DNA of 64,000 nucleotides. Source: a virus. A program made the position numbers and the translations under genes. The DNA lies in IMG/VR virus record IMGVR_UViG_3300036770_001972, positions 1 through 64,000 of that record. One strand, given 5' to 3'. The notes beneath the pieces were generated by a model. It was not told the DNA's origin and made no database searches. It saw nothing but the letters and a program-made list of their open reading frames with translations. Shown here in pieces: positions 8,291 through 16,738 of this stretch. Each line of letters begins with the position of its first letter. The stretch's first letter is position 1.

Positions 8291-8777
8291 GATCGGAATG
8301 GATGCATTCATGGAAGCCATCCAAAAGAAGGACGAGCATGGCAAATCCCTCTCCGACTACATGCGCGAGTCCATGGATGAGTTCCGCAAGGAGTCCAACT
8401 CATTTTGGGATGGTCTCTCCTACGATGACAAGTTGAAGGCGTTCTTTGCCGTGTGCGAACGCATTCATCAAGGCGACATCAAGGATCGGGGTTCATATCG
8501 CCATGTCCTGTACCAAGTCTTCGGATTCGCACCTGATGCTTACTCGCTTGGCATGGAGTGCGGATACCTCGACATTCATAACTGCATCTATACCGAGGAG
8601 GATCGGAAGATGGAGGACGAGCGCAACCGCATCGCCAACTCCGTGATGGAGTCCGAGCAATTCATGTGGCTCATGGCGGGATCGAATCATGTCGAATCAC
8701 AACTTGAAGACCTTCGTCCCGCTTACATGGCATGGAAGGATGCGGGTGGGAAGAACATCTTCAAGAAGGAGCCATGA
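8256..8777 (+). CDS. hypothetical phage protein
   Basis: 173-aa ORF in operon context. Confidence 0.75.
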   Translation: MSETTEPTPTPKIGMDAFMEAIQKKDEHGKSLSDYMRESMDEFRKESNSFWDGLSYDDKLKAFFAVCERIHQGDIKDRGSYRHVLYQVFGFAPDAYSLGMECGYLDIHNCIYTEEDRKMEDERNRIANSVMESEQFMWLMAGSNHVESQLEDLRPAYMAWKDAGGKNIFKKEP

Positions 8778-8778
8778 G

Positions 8779-9075
8779 ATGAACCGAGAACGCTACATCG
8801 AACTCAACAGCACGGGACAGGATCTCACCCCCGAAGAGTGGGATCAGGGTTGGCATTGGTGTGTTGAATGGGATGGCTTGCTTGTAGGCCCGAACAGCGA
8901 AGAGGCTCTTGTCTGCTCCTGCAACCATCCCGTCATCGAAGCATGGAAGGTCTCGCCCGAGGGACAGGAGATGATGCGCCAACTGGAGATTCGCAGCGAG
9001 AAGATGGACGAAGAGATGCTGAAGAAGGATCCGCTTGAATTCTTCAGCGACTTGGGGAACGCAGAACATGGATAA
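8779..9075 (+). CDS. hypothetical protein with GWHWC...CSC motif
   Basis: aaggag SD; Cys/His cluster. Confidence 0.7.
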   Translation: MNRERYIELNSTGQDLTPEEWDQGWHWCVEWDGLLVGPNSEEALVCSCNHPVIEAWKVSPEGQEMMRQLEIRSEKMDEEMLKKDPLEFFSDLGNAEHG

Positions 9076-9373
9076 AAGAGCCGACATGATCACCGTCTCC
9101 GAGGATGTCTTGTTTTGGGCATTCCGCTACTGCATCACTCGCAGCAGTTACGCCGCATCCGATGGCGTGAAGGCGATCCGCGACAACTGGGACTCTCTGT
9201 CCAATAACACGAAGATGCGGATTCAGGACGAGATCCGTAACTACGATTGGACGCACCAACACGACATCGATAAGTCCATGTGGCACAGTCTGTTATCGCT
9301 CCCCATCAAAAACATGGACAAAATGGTCGAATACCCGACCAACAGGGTTGACGGCAGGGTGGGTATAGAGTAA
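9068..9373 (+). CDS. hypothetical phage protein
   Basis: AFRYCITRSSY motif; overlaps the upstream stop. Confidence 0.7.
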   Translation: MDKRADMITVSEDVLFWAFRYCITRSSYAASDGVKAIRDNWDSLSNNTKMRIQDEIRNYDWTHQHDIDKSMWHSLLSLPIKNMDKMVEYPTNRVDGRVGIE

Positions 9374-9376
9374 TCT
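9348..9376 (+). promoter_or_regulatory. sigma70-type promoter
   Basis: TTGACG-17-TAATCT. Confidence 0.65.
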
Positions 9377-9399
9377 TCTAGTGAAGAGAGAACTCCCCC

Positions 9400-9708
9400 A
9401 TGAAACAGACAGCCACCGCCGTCCTGACCCCTCCCGCCCCCGCGACCGAAACCGCCGAGAATCATTGGATGTCCTATAAGGATCGTCCCGCGACCATGTC
9501 GCTGCAAGAGATGGCGGTGTGGATGCTGACCAATAACCCGTCGATGGCTGTGTCCGTCCTGATGGGTGCCCTTGAGGAGAACGCGACCCTGCCCACGGGC
9601 ACGGACGGCAAACTCGTTGAGGTCACCGTGTGGGACGAGCAGGGCAACCCCGAGTACAACCTGACCGAGCAGGGACAGTTCTACTACGATCAGACCGTCC
9701 CTGAGTAA
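9400..9708 (+). CDS. hypothetical protein (apparently monocistronic)
   Basis: flanked by a promoter and a terminator. Confidence 0.75.
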   Translation: MKQTATAVLTPPAPATETAENHWMSYKDRPATMSLQEMAVWMLTNNPSMAVSVLMGALEENATLPTGTDGKLVEVTVWDEQGNPEYNLTEQGQFYYDQTVPE

Positions 9709-9731
9709 GACTTTCGGTTTCTCTCTCTGAG

Positions 9732-9756
9732 CCACCCCCGCCGTGGGGGTGGTTTC
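9732..9756 (+). terminator. intrinsic terminator-like hairpin
   Basis: ccaccccc-gccgt-gggggtgg-tttc. Confidence 0.6.
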
Positions 9757-9766
9757 ATACAAACAA

Positions 9767-9820
9767 CTGTCCTTCTGAGAAGGACAGATTTTCGCAAAAC
9801 TAGCCGTCTAAGAAGGACAG
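9767..9820. repeat. 10-bp perfect inverted repeat plus a downstream third copy
   Basis: ctgtccttct-g-agaaggacag (9767-9787); agaaggacag again at 9811-9820. Confidence 0.85.
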
Positions 9821-9822
9821 AT

Positions 9823-10101
9823 ATGCCGACCGCACCAAACCGCCCCCGCAACTCCCGCACCGCTAACGGACTCAAGCGAGGCGTTCGCATCGAATGGGAC
9901 AGCCCCAAGCCGAAGCGCAAGCCCGAGCCGAAGTTCGACCCAATCAAGTTCCTCAGCGACTGTGCCAACGATGCCGATGCGTACAGCGACAGGGAGCGTA
10001 CCGCGTTCCGCAAGGTGCTTGCGCGGGTGCAGGAACTGGAAGCCGAGGTCGCCGCGTACCGCGACACCGAGTGGGACAATCACACAAACGGAGCAGACTG
10101 A
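9823..10101 (+). CDS. hypothetical protein
   Basis: ORF with aagga SD. Confidence 0.7.
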   Translation: MPTAPNRPRNSRTANGLKRGVRIEWDSPKPKRKPEPKFDPIKFLSDCANDADAYSDRERTAFRKVLARVQELEAEVAAYRDTEWDNHTNGAD

Positions 10102-10220
10102 TGACTAAGAAGCAAATCATGAATTGGGTATGGGATCACCCCCTTACCACCACCATCATCATTTCGATTCCTGTAGGGATCGCCGTGATCGCTCTCGCAC
10201 TCAAGACCTACATCATCTAA
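10101..10220 (+). CDS. small membrane protein
   Basis: MTKKQIMNWVWDHP plus hydrophobic helix; TGATG coupling. Confidence 0.6.
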   Translation: MTKKQIMNWVWDHPLTTTIIISIPVGIAVIALALKTYII

Positions 10221-10369
10221 TGCGTAAGACCACCAAGAAGACTCAGTCCAAGCCCGTTGCGGAAACCGTAGTTTCGATCTGTTGTGATCTCATGATTGCG
10301 GGAGCATTCGTGATCATGTCAATCACCCTGTACAATCTCGTCACTCTGATGGCGAAGTACGGAAAGTGA
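10220..10369 (+). CDS. small membrane protein
   Basis: basic N-terminus plus TM helix; TAATG coupling. Confidence 0.6.
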   Translation: MRKTTKKTQSKPVAETVVSICCDLMIAGAFVIMSITLYNLVTLMAKYGK

Positions 10370-10370
10370 C

Positions 10371-10398
10371 TTGACAGCAACAGAACACTCGCTATACT
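10371..10398 (+). promoter_or_regulatory. sigma70-type promoter
   Basis: TTGACA-16-TATACT. Confidence 0.7.
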
Positions 10399-10439
10399 TG
10401 TAGCATCCCAACAAGGGAACCAAGGAAAGAATCGAAACC

Positions 10440-10667
10440 ATGCCACACCGTGTTGATCCCGAAGAGGACTTTGTTCCTACCCACCGTCACCGCACCTTCA
10501 CTCGCTACATTGTTCTGAGTGATGGCAAGACATTCGATGTACTCAGCGAATGTACCGAGATTGAGGTGCCTGATGACATCGATGATGTGGAAGGATACAT
10601 TCGCAATCGAATTCATAACGCCAATCATCCAACTTTTGATTGGCACAGCAAAGGCAAGACAGGCTGA
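10440..10667 (+). CDS. hypothetical protein
   Basis: ORF after a promoter. Confidence 0.65.
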   Translation: MPHRVDPEEDFVPTHRHRTFTRYIVLSDGKTFDVLSECTEIEVPDDIDDVEGYIRNRIHNANHPTFDWHSKGKTG

Positions 10668-10714
10668 TTGTTAAGGGGCGGTTCAAATGTCCAAGACCGC
10701 AATATACCTGTCTC

Positions 10715-10906
10715 ATGGAACTACTCATCACAATTATGTCATGGACAGCAGCAGTTTGCGCTCTTTCAGCCTCCCACCTTTGGCTCTACAGTTGGTCGTA
10801 CCAACAGGGCTATGAAAAGGGAGAGCATGAAGGATTCGTAAGAGGCTTGAACAAGCAGCGTTCTTCAGGCACACGCAACAAGAACCGCCCCTTTGTGGGG
10901 GTGTGA
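10715..10906 (+). CDS. small membrane-anchored protein
   Basis: N-terminal TM then YQQGYEKGEHEG. Confidence 0.55.
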   Translation: MELLITIMSWTAAVCALSASHLWLYSWSYQQGYEKGEHEGFVRGLNKQRSSGTRNKNRPFVGV

Positions 10907-10922
10907 TACAAAAGCATTCGTC

Positions 10923-11249
10923 ATGAATTCGCCCTCCACCACTCCGCACCTGAATTGTTTCCGCAACCAAGGCTTTCAGATTCGGTTTAGCAACGGCTAC
11001 ACCGTCTCTGTGCAGTTTGGGCACTTTCACTACTGTGCATCCCGAGACCTGAATGTCGCCTATGACGCATGGCGCACGGGCGACGATACTCACTTCTCAC
11101 CCAATGCTGAGGTTGCCGTCATGGATCCGAATGGGAACTTTCTCAAGTTCGATTCATGTACCGACCATGTCCGTGGACACACGGATCCCGATACCGTTGG
11201 CAAGATCATCGCATGGGTTTCGAACCTGAAGCCACAGGAGATCATCTGA
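10923..11249 (+). CDS. conserved hypothetical phage protein
   Basis: FSNGYTVSVQFG...AEVAV pattern typical of small phage proteins. Confidence 0.7.
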   Translation: MNSPSTTPHLNCFRNQGFQIRFSNGYTVSVQFGHFHYCASRDLNVAYDAWRTGDDTHFSPNAEVAVMDPNGNFLKFDSCTDHVRGHTDPDTVGKIIAWVSNLKPQEII

Positions 11250-11250
11250 G

Positions 11251-11649
11251 ATGAACGGGTGGAAAGACTACTTCCTCGTAGGTAACAACCAATACGGTGC
11301 GCCGTATGTCGTTGTATTCCGTGTCAACGAAGGATGTGATGTGGTTGGCATCTATGGATACACGCGAATTCATCCAATGTCGTTCAATCGGGATCCCCGT
11401 GTTGCTCCTCTGCTCCCTTCTGCCTTGGGAATGATTGTCACTTCCCCAAGATTCAACGCGACGAAATTCGCGGCGCGAATCATTTGGCAGGACTTGCTGA
11501 ACTACAAGCAATACAACATGAAGGAGACTTCCTTTTCGGATCTCTATCCCAATCATGTGTTCGATCCAGTTGAGATTGCAAAGCACACTAGGGAGTTTAC
11601 GCGACCTGATCAGTACTTCGTCAACACCCAGTACGCTTTGGAAGCGTGA
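11251..11649 (+). CDS. ARxxW-family protein 8 (divergent)
   Basis: AARIIWQDLL; aggag SD. Confidence 0.7.
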   Translation: MNGWKDYFLVGNNQYGAPYVVVFRVNEGCDVVGIYGYTRIHPMSFNRDPRVAPLLPSALGMIVTSPRFNATKFAARIIWQDLLNYKQYNMKETSFSDLYPNHVFDPVEIAKHTREFTRPDQYFVNTQYALEA

Positions 11650-11656
11650 CTAAATA
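11650..11656 (+). promoter_or_regulatory. T4-type late promoter for fcl-gmd
   Basis: CTAAATA then gaggt SD and ATG 11675. Confidence 0.65.
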
Positions 11657-11674
11657 CTCCAAGAGGTATTTGTC

Positions 11675-12604
11675 ATGGGTAAAACGCTGCTCACAGGCGG
11701 TTGGGGTCTCGTCGGTTCCGAGATCCCCGATAGTGAACAATACAAGAGACCCCGACACGCAAGCATGGACTTGTGTGGTTCTTATGACACGGATGTCCGC
11801 GATGCGATGCATCAATACGACATCAGCGAGGTCATTCACCTTGCAGCCAAGGTCGGCGGGGTAAAGGGCAACAACGACAACATGATGTCCTACTTCATGG
11901 ACAACATGGTGATGAACACGAACATTCTTCGTGCTTGCTCTGAGTTGAAGTCCATCAAGAAGGCAACTTTCATGCTCTCCACCTGTGTCTTCCCTGCAAA
12001 GGTGACATATCCCGTGGACGAGTTGCAACTCCATAACGGCGAACCACACCACACCAACTATGGATATGCATATGCAAAGCGTATGCTTGAGGTTGGTGCG
12101 CGTACCCTTCGTCAAAACGGAAAGCAAGCGCGATGCATCATCCCGTGCAACATCTACGGGAAGAACGACAACTATGACATCGTCAACGGGCATGTGATCC
12201 CGAGCCTGATTCATAAGTGCTACCTTGCCAAGAAGAACGACACCGAACTGGTCGTTTGGGGTAGTGGCGATGCGGAGCGCGAGTTCATCTATGCCCCCGA
12301 TATCGCACGGGCGGTCGTGGAGATTCATAACGATGAGCGCAAGGACGATGGACTAGACCTGATGATCGTCTCGCCCAACATCTCGTACAAGATCCGCGAC
12401 ATCGTATTCATGATCGCAGACTGCTTCGACTTCACGGGAAAGATTGTGTTTGACATCACTAGTCCCGAGGGTATACTTCGCAAACCTACATCTGCCCATA
12501 AGTTCAGGAAGTTCTATCCGAACTTCAAGTTCACGGGCATTGAGCAGGGAATCGCAGAGACATGCAAATTCGTAGAGGAGAACTATGACAGCCTTCGCAA
12601 ATGA
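11675..12604 (+). CDS. fcl: GDP-L-fucose synthase
   Basis: TGGxGLVG, HLAAKVGG, LSTCVFP, YAYAK, HVIPSLI, WGSGxAxREFIY. Confidence 0.93.
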   Translation: MGKTLLTGGWGLVGSEIPDSEQYKRPRHASMDLCGSYDTDVRDAMHQYDISEVIHLAAKVGGVKGNNDNMMSYFMDNMVMNTNILRACSELKSIKKATFMLSTCVFPAKVTYPVDELQLHNGEPHHTNYGYAYAKRMLEVGARTLRQNGKQARCIIPCNIYGKNDNYDIVNGHVIPSLIHKCYLAKKNDTELVVWGSGDAEREFIYAPDIARAVVEIHNDERKDDGLDLMIVSPNISYKIRDIVFMIADCFDFTGKIVFDITSPEGILRKPTSAHKFRKFYPNFKFTGIEQGIAETCKFVEENYDSLRK

Positions 12605-13616
12605 GTGGAATGGAAAGACTGCCGTCATCACGGGAGTCAACGGACAGGACGGATCGTACCTAGCCGACATGCTTGTCGCCAAGGGCTACAAGGTGATCGG
12701 TCTCAAGCGTCGAACATCGACCATCACAACAAGTCGCATCGACCACCTGTACGACAACCCGTTGTTCAAGATGCATCACTATGACTTGCTTGATGGTGCT
12801 GCGGTGTCTCATATCATCTCGCAGTACAAGCCCGACGAGTTCTATAACTTGGCGGCACAGTCGCATGTCGCCGTGTCTTTCGAAATCCCCGAGTACACAT
12901 CGGACGGTATCGCGGGGGGCACACTCAAGATCCTTGAGGCTATTCGTAGTCTCAGCCCGACCACTCGCTTCTATCAGGCATCCTCATCCGAGATGTTTGG
13001 TGATAGCGATGATTACGATCCGAGCAGGGGTTATGACGAAGAGAGCCGCATGATGCCCGTCTCTCCGTATGCCGTGGCGAAGTTGCATGCTCATCATATG
13101 ACTCGCGTATATCGAAACGCATATGGTCTCCATGCATCGTCGGGCATTCTCTTCAACCATGAGAGTCCCCGCCGTGGCGAGACATTCGTGACCCGAAAGA
13201 TCACGATGGCGGCAGCGCGGATCAAGATGGGCTTGCAGAAGGAACTGCGTCTAGGCAACCTTGATGCCATGCGCGATTGGGGATTCGCGGGTGACTATGT
13301 CGAAGCCATGTGGCTCATGCTTCAGCAGCCCAAGGGAGATGACTATGTGATTGCCACTCAGCAGACACACAGCGTCCGAGAATTCCTTGACATCGTGTTC
13401 AAGGAGGCGGGGCTTGATTGGAAGGAGCATGTGGTTATCGACCCCAAATACTTCCGACCCAACGAGGTGCCGTTCCTCCTTGGCGACCCATCGAAGGCAA
13501 AGCGAGTCCTTGGTTGGGAGCCGAAGGTGAATATGAAACTTCTTGCAAAGATTATGTACAAAAGCGACCTTGCCGAGTTGACCAAACAGATGCAGGGCGG
13601 TATAGTACATGTGTGA
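12585..13616 (+). CDS. gmd: GDP-mannose 4,6-dehydratase
   Basis: ITGVNGQDGSYL, NLAAQSHV, YQASSSEMFG, SPYAVAK, NHESPRRGETFVTRKIT. Confidence 0.97.
   Translation: MTAFANEWNGKTAVITGVNGQDGSYLADMLVAKGYKVIGLKRRTSTITTSRIDHLYDNPLFKMHHYDLLDGAAVSHIISQYKPDEFYNLAAQSHVAVSFEIPEYTSDGIAGGTLKILEAIRSLSPTTRFYQASSSEMFGDSDDYDPSRGYDEESRMMPVSPYAVAKLHAHHMTRVYRNAYGLHASSGILFNHESPRRGETFVTRKITMAAARIKMGLQKELRLGNLDAMRDWGFAGDYVEAMWLMLQQPKGDDYVIATQQTHSVREFLDIVFKEAGLDWKEHVVIDPKYFRPNEVPFLLGDPSKAKRVLGWEPKVNMKLLAKIMYKSDLAELTKQMQGGIVHV
13578..13606 (+). promoter_or_regulatory. sigma70-type promoter inside the gmd 3' end
   Basis: TTGACC-17-TATAGT. Confidence 0.65.
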
Positions 13617-13688
13617 CGAAAGGGGTTCGCCCTTGCCGAAGTTCGCTGAGGCTAGTCACCGAGACCCCCACCTAGTGTGGGGGTTCTC
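13613..13688 (+). ncRNA. candidate structured small RNA or 5' leader
   Basis: gtgac/gtcac closing stem around two UUCG hairpins, then a GC hairpin; begins at the predicted TSS. Confidence 0.45.
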
Positions 13689-13703
13689 ATATAGGAGCAA
13701 ATC

Positions 13704-14054
13704 ATGACCCTACCATACGAACAGTACATTGCGATCACAAACACTCGCAACTTCCTGCTATCCCTCATGGATCCGCAGAAGACACCCAAGGCACCGAAGT
13801 ACCTCCGCATGGAGGCTCGTCGGCTACTCAAGCACTTCCCGAACGAGTACGAAGCCAACGACATGGTGAAGGCGCATACCGAAAGCACAAGCGGTGCCAC
13901 CGACAATCAGGTACGGGGCGATCCGATTGAGTACAGCCCTCGCTACGGTGGATGGATCTTTTGGGATGAGACTTGGACGCAGCCGAGCAAGGGGTTCCTT
14001 ACGCGGCGTGATGCAGAGGACGCTCTCAAGGCTTACTTGAAGACTCTTCTATGA
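13704..14054 (+). CDS. BPSL0761-like protein
   Basis: MTLPYE...TRNFL...PKAPKYLRMEARRLLKHFP. Confidence 0.7.
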   Translation: MTLPYEQYIAITNTRNFLLSLMDPQKTPKAPKYLRMEARRLLKHFPNEYEANDMVKAHTESTSGATDNQVRGDPIEYSPRYGGWIFWDETWTQPSKGFLTRRDAEDALKAYLKTLL

Positions 14055-14323
14055 AACCGATCCACATCGTTGATCGACTGACGGATACCCACCGAGCAAT
14101 CAAGGGTGGTATGGAAGAGATCGGACGGGTTCGTATTGCCGATCTTCTCAAGGAAGCAAGGGATCGAATCCACGAACTGGAAGGTGATGTCTATTCATAC
14201 CCTCCCTCCGAGCATGCACCCGAAGGCACAACATGGCGCAAGGAGTACGAGGACTTCTATGATGTCATGCTCAAGATGACCCCCGAGGAGTTTGTGGAAT
14301 GGCAGACGGCAATGAAGGACTGA
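14051..14323 (+). CDS. hypothetical protein
   Basis: ATGA overlap. Confidence 0.7.
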   Translation: MKPIHIVDRLTDTHRAIKGGMEEIGRVRIADLLKEARDRIHELEGDVYSYPPSEHAPEGTTWRKEYEDFYDVMLKMTPEEFVEWQTAMKD

Positions 14324-14688
14324 TTGAGTGTCCGTGCAATCTGTACGAACTGGCTAAGGAGATCTGTCTGCGAATCGACCGCCCGAAGAGGCATTGCAGC
14401 GTGATTCTTCATAAAGGTCGCGTTGTTGCCGTGGGGACGAACCAAATGAAGACCCATCCGCTTGCCCGTAAGTATGGATATCTTTTCGATGAGATGCATT
14501 CCGAATTGGATGCGTTTCGCAAGTGTGGAAACAAGCAGGGACTTGAACTTTGGAACTTTCGCTTCAACCGTTTTGGTCAGGAGCGGATTAGTCGCCCATG
14601 CACAAAGTGCCTTCCTTGGTGCGTGGAGGTGTTTGATCACATCTACTTTACAACGGGCGAGGGAATCGAAAGATTGCGTGTGAAATAA
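14299..14688 (+). CDS. zinc-dependent cytidine/dCMP deaminase-like protein
   Basis: HSE and SRPCTKC motifs (HxE...PCxxC). Confidence 0.8.
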   Translation: MADGNEGLIECPCNLYELAKEICLRIDRPKRHCSVILHKGRVVAVGTNQMKTHPLARKYGYLFDEMHSELDAFRKCGNKQGLELWNFRFNRFGQERISRPCTKCLPWCVEVFDHIYFTTGEGIERLRVK

Positions 14689-14729
14689 AGGCAATTTACG
14701 CCCAAGATGAGAATTTTTCATTCTTGGGG

Positions 14730-14736
14730 CTAAATA
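14730..14736 (+). promoter_or_regulatory. T4-type late promoter
   Basis: CTAAATA right after the hairpin at 14701-14728. Confidence 0.6.
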
Positions 14737-14802
14737 TGAACAGACCCGCATAGGTACAGCGGGAAACCCCAAATCGTTTCGAAACACGAAACAGGAGCAA
14801 GC

Positions 14803-15477
14803 ATGTCTGTCAGAGAGACTTGTGTGGCTACCGCACTTGCTGCGGCTTCTATCTGTGGTGCAGTCAACGCAGATTTCATCGTGGTCAACAATCCAGTTGT
14901 GGATACAGTTGGCTTCTACTCAGATGCATTCGATTCAAAGGGTGCATACTTCTACGCACAGAGTGGAGCGCAAGCATTCAGTCTTGAGGATTCCTATACC
15001 ACATCGTCGCTCAAGTGGTGGGGTTCGATGAACGGCTTCAACGATCAGGGAATCTCAAACATCGATTGCTTTCAGATCATCGTTTGGGATTCGAACTTTG
15101 AGTCCCAAGTGTTCAGTCAACGGATTGATTTGTCAAACATCACGATGACTGATACGGGCGACTTCAATTTCTTCGGTCAGCCTGTGTATGAGTTCTTCGT
15201 TCCGTTGGCGTTTCAGATCACGGCTGGCAACTATTTCATGAATATCGGCGCACAACTCAATGATGCGGCGGGAGATCAGTTCGTGTGGTCGCAGGGCGAG
15301 GATGTCGATGGCTTTTGGTATACCGATGCGAATGGACAGAACAAATGGGGCGATTGGCGACCCCTCCCAAACTTCATCGGGAATACCGCAGGAGGTGCAT
15401 TTGTCATGACTGCTCCTGCTCCTAGTGCGATTGCACTCTTGGGTTTGGCGGGTATCGTCGGTCGCCGCCGCCGCTGA
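14803..15477 (+). CDS. exported PEP-CTERM-like (PAP) protein
   Basis: signal peptide ending VNA-D; C-terminal APAPSAIALLGLAGIVGRRRR. Confidence 0.88.
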   Translation: MSVRETCVATALAAASICGAVNADFIVVNNPVVDTVGFYSDAFDSKGAYFYAQSGAQAFSLEDSYTTSSLKWWGSMNGFNDQGISNIDCFQIIVWDSNFESQVFSQRIDLSNITMTDTGDFNFFGQPVYEFFVPLAFQITAGNYFMNIGAQLNDAAGDQFVWSQGEDVDGFWYTDANGQNKWGDWRPLPNFIGNTAGGAFVMTAPAPSAIALLGLAGIVGRRRR

Positions 15478-15507
15478 GTCATAAGTGCATACAAATCAAG
15501 TAGAAAC

Positions 15508-15536
15508 GAACCCCTGTCGCAAGACGGGGGTTCTTT
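15508..15536 (+). terminator. intrinsic terminator
   Basis: gaacccctgtc-gcaa-gacgggggttc-ttt. Confidence 0.8.
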
Positions 15537-15537
15537 C

Positions 15538-15544
15538 ATAAATA
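15538..15544 (+). promoter_or_regulatory. T4-type late promoter
   Basis: ATAAATA immediately after the terminator. Confidence 0.55.
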
Positions 15545-15632
15545 GCCATACAACCAATGTGACCAAATTCTACCGCCACGGGCTGTGCATAGCACAATCC
15601 CGAGCGGCTTTTCATTGCCATAAGGAGGTTTT

Positions 15633-15836
15633 ATGGAACAGAAGTCAGGAACCAAGACCACCGAGTTTTGGGTAGCACTTGCTCCCGTGTTGATCGGACT
15701 GATCGAAGGACAGAAAGGTGACGCAGAGAACAGTCGTTACCTCATCGTCTGCGGTACGGCATTGGGATGCATGTATATCGCTAGCAGGACACTTTTAAAG
15801 TGGAATCCATCAAAAACAAAAGGAGGAGAACTATGA
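15633..15836 (+). CDS. small two-TM protein, holin-like
   Basis: KSGTKTTEFW plus two hydrophobic segments; strong aaggagg SD. Confidence 0.6.
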   Translation: MEQKSGTKTTEFWVALAPVLIGLIEGQKGDAENSRYLIVCGTALGCMYIASRTLLKWNPSKTKGGEL

Positions 15837-16594
15837 GAATCACGACAGCAATACTACTTGCTTTGGGAATTGCCGTATCCACACAAGCACAGACAGACCC
15901 AAATGCAAAGATCGACCTCACCATGATCGCACCGACGAGTGCTGTGGGTGTTAACGAGGAAATCGAAATACAGATTGTGGCTTCAGCACAGACTACACCA
16001 CAACGATACCTTGTCGCGGACATCGTCTTCGGTTGGAATCCAAGCGAACTTGAATTCATTGGTCTTTCCCATGTCGGTTCGCATCCGCTTCTATGGGTTC
16101 CCCCAAGCGGAATGCCATGTCCCTCTGGGTATCAGAACTGCGAGGGCATTGGTGGTGATTACACAGGAATCAACGAATCGATTCCGCCCACAGACGGCAA
16201 TGCCTTGTACTACGGATATGGAAAGTTAGGAAGCGTATGGATCATCGATGAACCCGTGCAGATAGTGAAATTGCGGTTCCGAGTCCTCACTTCGTTCTCT
16301 CAGAGCAATGTGTATTTCATACCCGAGATCAATATCAATGCCGAACAAAAGACCATCGTCTACGGCAGTTACATCCCTGGGCTTTCGACAACAGGTGTCT
16401 TGACGAATGCAACAGTTGTAGGGAGCATAAGAGAGGGCGATGTCGATGGGAACGGTGTGGTCAACTCCTCAGACTTGGCGCAGTTGATCGCTGCATGGGG
16501 ACAGACATCGTTCAAGGGAAACCCGTGCGACCTAAACGGTAACGGCGTGGTCGATTCTCCTGATTTGGGCATTCTGCTTGATAACTGGGGATAA
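15833..16594 (+). CDS. exported cohesin-like and dockerin-domain protein
   Basis: signal peptide (TQA-Q); beta-rich domain with GWNPSELEFIG; GDVDGNGVVNSSDL...DLNGNGVVDSPDLGILLDNWG. Confidence 0.8.
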   Translation: MRITTAILLALGIAVSTQAQTDPNAKIDLTMIAPTSAVGVNEEIEIQIVASAQTTPQRYLVADIVFGWNPSELEFIGLSHVGSHPLLWVPPSGMPCPSGYQNCEGIGGDYTGINESIPPTDGNALYYGYGKLGSVWIIDEPVQIVKLRFRVLTSFSQSNVYFIPEININAEQKTIVYGSYIPGLSTTGVLTNATVVGSIREGDVDGNGVVNSSDLAQLIAAWGQTSFKGNPCDLNGNGVVDSPDLGILLDNWG

Positions 16595-16640
16595 GTCCGA
16601 TAAGTACTTGATAAGCGGGGATTTGACACCCGCATGTGCG

Positions 16641-16677
16641 CCCCCTCCCATCTTCACAGGGAGGGGGTTGCTTTTTT
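16641..16677 (+). terminator. intrinsic terminator
   Basis: ccccctccc-9nt-gggaggggg then T6. Confidence 0.75.
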
Positions 16678-16689
16678 GGGGAATGGGGC

Positions 16690-16718
16690 TTGACAGGGGG
16701 GTAGACATACTGTATCTT
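16690..16718 (+). promoter_or_regulatory. sigma70-type promoter
   Basis: TTGACA-17-TATCTT with extended TG. Confidence 0.7.
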
Positions 16719-16738
16719 TCTTATGTGAAGGGAACCAT

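Noticed and set aside
10680-10708. Possible leaderless promoter (TATACC 6 nt before ATG 10715)
   Set aside because: No acceptable -35 at 16-18 nt spacing.
13613-13659. Hammerhead ribozyme (GAAA and CUGA present)
   Set aside because: The core reads CUGAGGC rather than CUGANGA and stem I does not form properly; kept only as an unknown structured RNA.
16589-16640. tRNA-like T-arm (minus strand gggtgtcaaatccc) and three GATAAG copies
   Set aside because: No acceptor, D or anticodon arms can be built; only a small hairpin before a terminator.
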